64,000 nt of DNA. It comes from Gammaproteobacteria bacterium. Lineage in GTDB: Bacteria; Pseudomonadota; Gammaproteobacteria; Eutrophobiales; Eutrophobiaceae. The stretch covers positions 2,194,242-2,258,241 of the forward strand of contig OZ241847.1 of assembly GCA_965202915.1 (NCBI GenBank), given 5' to 3'. Below, piece by piece: positions 8,925 through 16,329 of the stretch. The notes beneath the pieces are model-generated. The model worked only from the letters and a program-made list of their open reading frames with translations, was not told the DNA's origin and did not search any database. The position numbers were made by a program, and so were the translations under genes. How positions within the stretch are numbered: position 1 is the first letter of the stretch; each line of letters opens with the position of its first letter.

Positions 8925-9300
8925 TTAAAAATCATTCCCGGAACCAAATGGCCACCCACTTGCGGAATAGGCCCGGATGTCATCATCGCCGGCATATTTG
9001 AACCAAAAAACCGCCGCCGGCACAACCGAACATTTGCCAAGCCGGCAGTTTTCCACCACCACCTTGAGCATGGCGTATTCGCCGTTGACTTGGCAGGCGA
9101 AAGCCAGCATATCGAATGCTACTTGATACGCCAAATGATGTCGAGTTTAATATATCCAGTTTGACCATTACGCATGTCGGTGATGTCGAGATCTTCACGC
9201 AGTGCTTTATCGCCATTGGTTAGGACCATTTTGTAACTGTATTTGTCGCCGCCCGCTAGAATCGCCGGACATACGGACTCCCCGAACCAAGAATGATAAC
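8925..9300 (-). pseudogene. hemB: Decayed C-terminal relic of porphobilinogen synthase (hemB-like)
   Basis: Minus-strand fragments lie in different frames, broken by stops. Compared with E. coli HemB from memory: ...ALREDLDIT..DMRNGQTGYIKLDIIWRIK resembles [29 protein letters not shown]. ...LAFACQVNGEYAMLKVVVEN...FWFKYAGDDDIRAYSA resembles [20 protein letters not shown]...GSIKRAGADLIFSYFA. Confidence 0.55.
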
Positions 9301-9788
9301 ATTAGCTCCCTCTACAATCCAGGTATTTCCCAACGCCTGTCCTTCCAGAACACCTATCGACCAAACCATCGGTTACTGACAGAACAACATCTACGGACGT
9401 GGCGACAGCGGTAATTGGGTTATCATGGAATCATCCGATTCACACCATCTCCAGAATATACGGGCGGCAGCATCGGACACTTCCTTGGGTATGTGTGCTA
9501 CCCGCACCTCCAATTAACACGGCCGAGTTGAGAATGTGAACCAAGTATTTCGTTGGTAATTACCCCACATCCTTCGACTTATCAGGTAATGAGACAAGAC
9601 TCGGCAAGGTTACGGGACTTCCCCGGTCACCGTCTGTGCACAATCTTATAATGCTTTTCTGCGAAAATTATGAGGATTGTGTAAAATCCTCTCTTGTATA
9701 GGATTAGGATACCCTCTTGCCACACTTCAGACTGAAATCTGCCTTCTCCTCAAGAAAGGAGTGGCGCAAGGTGAACAGATAATCGGAT

Positions 9789-11648
9789 ATGGCGGCCCGA
9801 AAAAACCGAAACAAGGCCCGGCGCAGGCAAATGAAGCTGCAAACCACCGCCAGGCGCCCCGGCACGGTGCGTAGCCGGACCGGCCCCGTACCCATCAAAT
9901 CGTCGCCGGGCGGGTTGCAATCGCTTTTTTCCGGGCTCAAGCGGAGCGTACTTCACGGGGACCCGATCCCACCCGCACTCGCGGCCACGGCGCTGTGGCT
10001 GCTGATACTCATCAGTTACCTGCCCGCGACCTGGGCCGGTTTCGTGTGGGACGACTTCGCGTTCACGGAGGCCGAACAGGTACTGCGCCCATCCGGTCTT
10101 TGGGATATCTGGTTCAAGCCGCACTCGCTGCAGAATGAAGGCCATTACTGGCCGCTCCTCTATACGACCTTCTGGCTGGAGCACAAGTTGTGGGGGCTGG
10201 ACCCGACCGGTTATCATATCGTCAACCTGCTGCTGCACGGGTTGACCACGCTGTTGTTGTGGCGCCTGCTGCTGCGGCTGGCCGTGCCGGGCGCCTGGTT
10301 CGCGGCGGCGGTGTTCGCCGTGCACCCCCTGCACGTGGAGTCGGTGGCATGGGTTATCGGACGCAAGGACGTGCTGGCGGGGCTGTTCTCCGTGGCCTGC
10401 GTGCTGAGCTATCTGCGTTTCGTGGAAGCTGGTCGCCGCGCACGCTATACGCACTACTTTCGGGCACTGGCGCTGTTCGTGGCGGGACTGTTGAGCAAAT
10501 CCATTGTCGTCACCCTGCCGGTGTCGCTGTTGATCTGGCACTGGTGGAAGCAGGGTCGCGTAGCCGTGACCGACGCACTGAGGACGCTGCCGTTCCTGCT
10601 GCTGGGGCTCGGCATCACGATCATCGACTGGTGGTACTACAAGGACCGGGAAGAGATTGTCCTGGAGGACTACTCGTTGATCGAGCAGACGCTGAACGCG
10701 GCGCACGCGCTGTGGTTCTACGTTGGCAAACTGGTCTGGCCGGCGGAACTGGCAGTCATCTACCCGCGCTGGGAAATCAACGTCAGCGAGCCACTGGCCT
10801 GGGCGTATCTGGTCACCGCCGTCGCGGTGGTGTGGCTGCTGTGGTTCTACCGCGACCGCATTGGCCGGGGGCCGCTGGCGGGGGTGCTGTTCTTCGTGGT
10901 GACGCTATCACCGACCCTGGGGTTCGTCGAGTACGGTTTCATGCAGTTCTCGCTGGTCGCCGACCGCTATCAGTACCTGGCCGGGATCGGAGTGACGGCG
11001 GGCCTCGTGGCCGCCGCGGCCCGCGTTGCAGGCCGGCTGTCGGGTACGCCGGCGAGGGGCGTACAGGCCGCGGCGGTGCTGCTGCTGGTCGTGCTGGGAA
11101 CCATCAGTTGGAACCAGGCGGGCATCTACCGCGACAACTTCACGTTCTACCAGCATATCATCGCTCTCAACCCGCAGGCCAGGAACGCCTGGTACAACCT
11201 TGGCAGAGAGTATTCCATGCAGGGCCGCACGCAGGATGCGCTGGCCGCGTATCTCACCGCCGGCGAGCAGCGCCCCGACCACGTCTGGGCGCATATCGGC
11301 GCCGGGCAGATGGCCGCGGAACTGGGAAGGCTCGCCGAGGCGGAGATGTACCTGCAACGCGCGCTTGCGGTTGACCCGAGTTTCCCGGAAGCCCTCAACA
11401 ATATGGGAGCGCTGCGGCTCAGACAAAAACGCTACAGCGAGGCGCTCGAACTCTTTGAGACCCTGATTGAGATGCAGCCCGAGTACGCCAAGGTTTATTC
11501 TGGCATAGGCGTGGCCCTGGCCGGACTCAGGCGGTTTGAAGAGGCGTTGCGGAGTTTTGACCGCGCGCTTGAACTGGACCCGTCACTGGAAGAGGCGCGG
11601 GTCAACCGCGAGCACGTATTGCGGAACTCCAAAAGCGAGAGCAGGTAA
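9789..11648 (+). CDS. Polytopic GT-C-fold glycosyltransferase-like protein (TMTC/PMT_2-like) with C-terminal TPR repeats; paralogue of 1260-3146
   Basis: 619-aa ORF that is colinear with the 628-aa protein. Shared blocks include ISYLPATWAGFVWDD, GHYWPLLYTTFWLE, LLWRLLLRLAVPGAWFAAAVFAVHPLHVESVAW, RIGRGPLAG.LFFVVTLSPTLGFV and WNQAGIYRDN. The TPR tail is more divergent. Its stop overlaps the next start (TAATG at 11646-11650). Confidence 0.8.
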   Translation: MAARKNRNKARRRQMKLQTTARRPGTVRSRTGPVPIKSSPGGLQSLFSGLKRSVLHGDPIPPALAATALWLLILISYLPATWAGFVWDDFAFTEAEQVLRPSGLWDIWFKPHSLQNEGHYWPLLYTTFWLEHKLWGLDPTGYHIVNLLLHGLTTLLLWRLLLRLAVPGAWFAAAVFAVHPLHVESVAWVIGRKDVLAGLFSVACVLSYLRFVEAGRRARYTHYFRALALFVAGLLSKSIVVTLPVSLLIWHWWKQGRVAVTDALRTLPFLLLGLGITIIDWWYYKDREEIVLEDYSLIEQTLNAAHALWFYVGKLVWPAELAVIYPRWEINVSEPLAWAYLVTAVAVVWLLWFYRDRIGRGPLAGVLFFVVTLSPTLGFVEYGFMQFSLVADRYQYLAGIGVTAGLVAAAARVAGRLSGTPARGVQAAAVLLLVVLGTISWNQAGIYRDNFTFYQHIIALNPQARNAWYNLGREYSMQGRTQDALAAYLTAGEQRPDHVWAHIGAGQMAAELGRLAEAEMYLQRALAVDPSFPEALNNMGALRLRQKRYSEALELFETLIEMQPEYAKVYSGIGVALAGLRRFEEALRSFDRALELDPSLEEARVNREHVLRNSKSESR

Positions 11649-13414
11649 TGGCGAAACGGAAAAACCCCCGCCCCGCCACTCGCCGGCGCCGACAACCTGG
11701 GGCAGCGGCGCCGACAACGGCAACGATGCCCTGGCGGTGGCGCGCGGGCGACGCCTTATTTGCCGCCGACCGCCCGCGGCTCGCCGGCGACGGCGAACAC
11801 TGGACGTATTTCTGGCCGCTGCTGGGCGCGGCCCTGCTGCTGCGCGCTGCCATCGCCCTGTGGGGTGACTTTGTGCTGCATCCGGACGAGATCATGCAAT
11901 ACCTGGAGCCGGCCCACTATGTGGCCTTCGGCAATGGCGTCCTCTACTGGGAATATCTCCACGGCGCACGCAGCTGGCTGATCCCGGGCGCGATCGCCGG
12001 CGTGCTGAAGGCGCTGGATGGCTTGGGGCTGGCGCAGCCGGCCATCTATATCGCCGTGGTGAAACTGTTGTTCTGCCTGCTGTCGCTGTCGGTGCCGTGG
12101 GCCATGTACCGCTTCACGCAAATCACGGTCAACGAGCGATCTGCTCGGCTGGCGCTGATCTTCGGCTGCTTCTGGTACGAACTGGCGGCGCTGGCGCACA
12201 AACCCTTCACCGAATTGTTCAGCACTTCCATTTTCATGGTCGTGCTCGCTCTGTCCGTGGGCAGGGAAGCGGAAAGACCCGCCAGGCTGTTTGCCATCGG
12301 CCTGCTGGCGGCACTCAGCGGTGCGGTGCGCCTGCAGTACGCACCCGTGGCGTTGCTGCTGTTGTTGCTGCGCTCGGTATCCCTGCGCAACGGCGTTGCC
12401 GGGCTGGTGTCGTTATGGGCGGGCGCCGGGCTGCTGACGCTGCTAGTGGGTATCTTCGAATGGCAGACCTGGGGGGCGCCGTTTCATTCCTACCTGAGCA
12501 ACTTCTTTATCAATCTCGCCATTGACCCCGCACGCGCCGGTGAATCAAGCCGATGGCTTCTGTTGGGGCAGTTGGCCGCGGCCAGCGGCGGCATGGCACT
12601 GATCGCCTTTGCCGCTGCGCTGCCCAGGGGGCGGCGGCATCTGCTCATCCTGGTGACGAGCGCGGTGATACTCGTCCTGCACCTGCTCCCGGAGCATCGC
12701 GAATACCGCTTCATCCACGTCCTGATCCCGTGCTGGTTGATGCTGCTGGCGGCCTGGATCGCGCGCTGGGGCGACGGATTGTCCGGCGAACGAGGCCGGA
12801 TATCCGCACTGGCGCGGCGCTGGGGCGCGGCGGCGGTGCTGGCCTTCGGCATCCCAGCCCTACTCAATGCGTTTCCCTGGCAGAGCCGGGTGTACCAGAG
12901 TTTCTCCGTGGAAAAACCGGTGTACTACTTGCGCAATCAGGACCCGATATTTGAGATCATGTCTTTCCTGGCCGCCCAGGACGACGTGCACGGAGCTCTC
13001 TACCATACCCGGGAATACAACGCATACTTCAGCACTGGCGGCTATTACTACCTGCACCACGACGTCCCTTTCTATACCGCGCAAGACACCTGGCAAACCA
13101 TCAGGGAACGGCACCCGGCGGTGCCTCAGGAATCGTTGGTTTCCCATATCGTGACCGAGGCCGACGGCCCCGCCATCCAGGGGTTCGAACGACTGCTCCG
13201 GCGTGGAAACCTGGCGCTGTGGCGGCGCCGGGACAACGACAGTGCAGTCCCCCGCTGGCGCGAGCACGTGATCAAGGTAAGCCATGCGGACCTAAACGAC
13301 CTGGTGAGCAGAACCATGCGGCGCCTGAACGCCTCTTCCATGCTCGACCTTTTCGTAGCCGATGACTTGTACTGGGTGGAGGCGCCACCGTTGTTTGAGT
13401 CGGCGGATGAATAA
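11648..13414 (+). CDS. GT-C mannosyltransferase-like membrane protein (GT22 / PIG-B-ALG9-like)
   Basis: 588-aa polytopic ORF. Its first-loop motif LHPDEIMQYLEPAHYVAFGNGVLYWEYLHGARSWLIPG matches the PDE..Q.LE.AH...FG.G.LTWE...G.RS pattern of Dol-P-Man-dependent GT22 enzymes. It is translationally coupled to the upstream gene. Confidence 0.65.
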   Translation: MAKRKNPRPATRRRRQPGAAAPTTATMPWRWRAGDALFAADRPRLAGDGEHWTYFWPLLGAALLLRAAIALWGDFVLHPDEIMQYLEPAHYVAFGNGVLYWEYLHGARSWLIPGAIAGVLKALDGLGLAQPAIYIAVVKLLFCLLSLSVPWAMYRFTQITVNERSARLALIFGCFWYELAALAHKPFTELFSTSIFMVVLALSVGREAERPARLFAIGLLAALSGAVRLQYAPVALLLLLLRSVSLRNGVAGLVSLWAGAGLLTLLVGIFEWQTWGAPFHSYLSNFFINLAIDPARAGESSRWLLLGQLAAASGGMALIAFAAALPRGRRHLLILVTSAVILVLHLLPEHREYRFIHVLIPCWLMLLAAWIARWGDGLSGERGRISALARRWGAAAVLAFGIPALLNAFPWQSRVYQSFSVEKPVYYLRNQDPIFEIMSFLAAQDDVHGALYHTREYNAYFSTGGYYYLHHDVPFYTAQDTWQTIRERHPAVPQESLVSHIVTEADGPAIQGFERLLRRGNLALWRRRDNDSAVPRWREHVIKVSHADLNDLVSRTMRRLNASSMLDLFVADDLYWVEAPPLFESADE

Positions 13415-13654
13415 AAGTTTGTGGTCACGATCTTACACGGGCAGCCCGATGCCGATACCGTTCGCAGGTGTGGCCCACCGGGCCAGGTGGTCGGCGATGC
13501 TTTCCGACCCCATGGAGCCCCGCGCGGCCCCGGAATAGTCTTCGCAACCGCTCATTGGTTTGCCGGCGACAATATGGCACACTCTCCGGCAGTTTGATTG
13601 TAATGTTGATCCTGTCTTTTGATTTGCTTTTTCATTGCTTTAGGAGGCCCGCCC

Positions 13655-14404
13655 ATGTCCAAAAACCTAAGCGACTTTTCAACCCTGAGCCTGGACTGCT
13701 ATGGCACACTCATTGACTGGGAGACTGGCATTTGGGACGCGCTACAGCCCCTGATCCGGCGATCCGGACGAGACGACGTCGTGCGCCGCCAAGGACTCGA
13801 GGCGTTCGCCCGATTTGAAAATGCCCGCGAAATGGAGACACCGGAGCTGCCCTACCCGGAGATTTTGCAACGAACCCACGCCGACGTGGCGGCCTACCTG
13901 GGAATGACCACCTCGGTGGAACTGGACCGCGAGTTTGCCTGCTCCATCGCCCACTGGCCGGCCTTTGCCGACACCGCCGACGCGCTGCGCCGCCTGCGGA
14001 AGCACTATAAACTGGTGATCCTGTCCAACGTCGACCGGGCCGGATTCGCCGCCTCGGCGACCAAGCTCGGCGTCGCCTTTGACGCCGCCTACACAGCGGA
14101 AGATATCCGCTCCTATAAACCCGCCGCCGCCAACTTCCACTACCTGATCGAACATCTCCAGGCCGATCTCGGCGTTAAGCGCGAAGCCATCCTGCACACC
14201 GCCCAGAGCCTGTTCCACGACCACGCACCGGCCAACGCCTTCGACCTCGCCAACGTCTGGATCGACCGCCAGGGGCTGTCGCATAGCGACAACTGGGGCG
14301 CCACCGCCAGGCTCGACAAGCGCCCCGACGTGGACTTCCTGTTCCCGACCCTGGCGGCGATGGCGGACGCAGTGGAAGGGGAGGTCGAGCCGCCCCAGGG
14401 TTGA
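13655..14404 (+). CDS. HAD-superfamily hydrolase, haloacid dehalogenase type II-like
   Basis: An internal ATG of the 261-aa ORF is preceded by AGGAGG. Motifs are LSLDCYGTLIDWE (DxYGT nucleophile motif), ILSNVD, SYKP and the C-terminal DH/D region. Confidence 0.75.
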   Translation: MSKNLSDFSTLSLDCYGTLIDWETGIWDALQPLIRRSGRDDVVRRQGLEAFARFENAREMETPELPYPEILQRTHADVAAYLGMTTSVELDREFACSIAHWPAFADTADALRRLRKHYKLVILSNVDRAGFAASATKLGVAFDAAYTAEDIRSYKPAAANFHYLIEHLQADLGVKREAILHTAQSLFHDHAPANAFDLANVWIDRQGLSHSDNWGATARLDKRPDVDFLFPTLAAMADAVEGEVEPPQG

Positions 14405-14712
14405 AAGCGGTCATGCACTGTACCAGTTAAGGATATAAATCCAGTGGTGGGTCTGGTACCTGGCGTCGTTCCTGATTCCGCACTGATGGCGGGGCGGGGA
14501 GCAAGTGCACAGCAGGGGCCAGGACTGAACACTTCGGCAGTGGGTGCTGCCTGGCGTCTTGCTGGTTGTACAAACGCGCCGGTGCCACGTTGCTGGCGGT
14601 GCTGCTTCCCACCAATTGCGCCGCCGGGACATTTTTAATGAACTATGTCCACAAAAAATTCACTTGTCCGAGCGAAAGCTTTGTAGTGCCCGCCCTGGTG
14701 CGCGAGATTCAC

Positions 14713-15643
14713 TTACCCGTTCGCCATTGTGGAGACGGTCGTGTATCTGCGCGCGAGTGCCGCACGAGAGACACGGTGTTCGTCGACCAGTGGCGGGATT
14801 CCCCGATGTTGCCGTATTACTTGAGCGGTCAACTCATTTTCTGCTGCGGCCTGGGACACTACACCAGACTGCCCGGTGACCTTGTATAGGGTGATATCCT
14901 CGCGCACTTGCTCCAACAGATAGAATTCCATCCGGGCATGGTTGAAAGCGAAGCGATCTCCTGACCGGTTGTTGAACACCAGCTTGGAGAGCGCAATGTT
15001 GACGACTACCAGCGCGGCCAAAATTGTCAGTATCCAGTGATTAGACAGCCCTAGCCTGCAAACCACGGCAAACCCCTTGAGATGGGTCGGATTTCGACCC
15101 TGTGCGTAAACCAGCGTCAGCAGCAGAATCAAAAGAAAAAGCAGCACGTGTAAGGAATACACCTTCTGGATAATGGACTGCGACCAGAATAGCTTGGAAA
15201 ACCCGTAGGCGAAGCCGGCCATGTAGCCGCCGAGGCGGCCGCCCGTCAGGTGGACCGCCACCAGATATAGCACCGCGCAGGCCGCCGCGCCCAAAAGGGC
15301 GCTCAATATGTTGCCGGCCAGCGGGCGCGAAAGCAACGGCAGGTGGGCGAACGGGAAGCACAACATGCTGTACAGCGGGTAACCCGGCGGGTGCACTGGT
15401 TGGCCGTAGTGGCAAATCAGGTTGAAGATCGCTGCGTCTTCGTAGGTGACGACACGGGGCATCGTGGCCAGATATACGATAAAAAGCCCGGTAAACACGG
15501 CCAGAGGGGGGGCAGCCCTGTCCTTCGATGTTATCGCGTAATGAAAACAAGCTAACCGTAGCGGCGTTGCGCACCCTGTCTTGGGACTGGGGGCGCACCT
15601 TACCCGAACGGGTACGGTTTTTTCTTTTACTCTTTCTGCGCAT
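14713..15643 (-). pseudogene. DUF2723/TMEM260-like GT-C membrane protein, reading frame broken at a C7 homopolymer (pseudogene, phase variant or sequencing error)
   Basis: The 261-aa ORF (14713-15498) carries YEDAAIFNLICHYGQPVHPPGYPLYSML, the DUF2723 first-loop signature. Its frame stays open upstream (..KDRAAPPLAVFTG..). A basic N-terminus MRRKSKRKNRTRSGKVRPQSQ...EGQGCPP lies in another frame, starting at 15643. Removing one C from the C7 run joins the two frames. Confidence 0.6.
15506..15512. repeat. Homopolymeric G7 (C7 on the coding strand) tract at the frameshift point of the DUF2723-like gene
   Basis: Read directly from line 15481 (ccagaggggg ggcagccc). Confidence 0.9.
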
Positions 15644-15656
15644 GGTGCCTACCCAA

Positions 15657-15956
15657 CTACAGTCCCTTTTTGGCAAATACTATCACGTCTGATGCTGTAC
15701 CCGCTCGAATCGGCTCGCCTGAACGGGAGGGCGGAATGATTGTAATGTCGACTATGATGTCGCGTGTTTCATCCGGGCGGTTTTGTTGAATCTCGTCTTT
15801 TATGATTTGTATGTCCAGCCGGATCAACGGTTTATTCAGGTCAAAGATTTTCGCCAATTGGTAGCAAACGTCGCCGTCAAAGAATAAATCTTTGCGGTCT
15901 GTCTCAACCTCATATTGGGGGTTATAATGGTCTTGAGTTCGTTTTGCTTGGCACAA
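15657..15956 (-). CDS. Hypothetical protein (99 aa, TTG start), ending 13 nt upstream of the DUF2723-like gene start
   Basis: Supported only by the ORF and its operon-like spacing. I recognise no motif in it. Confidence 0.3.
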   Translation of the reverse strand: MCQAKRTQDHYNPQYEVETDRKDLFFDGDVCYQLAKIFDLNKPLIRLDIQIIKDEIQQNRPDETRDIIVDITIIPPSRSGEPIRAGTASDVIVFAKKGL

Positions 15957-16039
15957 TCGTAATATTTACTCAGTAGTGGACCAATCCACCGCTGTTTTTT
16001 CTTTGATAATACTCTGCACTTTTTTGATTGGATATAGCG

Positions 16040-16215
16040 AGTTCAAGGATGTGTTTGACTCACTGCTAAAAGACAACCCTATCTTCCACATGTCCCGACA
16101 AGCGGCCCTATTCAACCAAAAACTGGCTGACACGTCCCCGCATCGGGGTTGGCTACCCAAATACAACGCCATCCGACCTCATAAAGGAGTTGGACTCAAA
16201 ACACCCGTATGGATT
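16040..16215 (+). mobile_element. Transposase C-terminal remnant (rve/DDE integrase-core tail, IS3/IS481-like)
   Basis: The 96-aa ORF contains ...GWLPKYNAIRPHKGVGLKTPVW. This matches the W..YN..RPH..LG.KTP tail typical of DDE transposases. No catalytic core or terminal inverted repeats were seen. Confidence 0.45.
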
Positions 16216-16329
16216 ACTATCGATAACAACAAAATTTATACAATATGTGGTGGACCCCATACATAGAGTAGTAGAAATATCGCTATGTGGGAGTATATAT
16301 GCAGATAAGGCATAGGGAGTTTCCTAATA

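Noticed and set aside
9750-11426. 318-aa minus-strand and 394-aa plus-strand ORFs overlapping the second GT-C/TPR gene, with similar ones over 11648-13414 and 13742-14532.
   Set aside because: These show the same GC-driven shadow-ORF signature and contain no recognisable motifs.
13450-13580. A small 42-aa minus-strand ORF (MSGCEDYSGAARGSMGSESIADHLARWATPANGIGIGLPV) in the GC-rich spacer before the HAD gene. It is faintly reminiscent of the C-terminus of flavin-dependent monooxygenases.
   Set aside because: It is too short and the resemblance is too vague. It could be a relic but cannot be supported.
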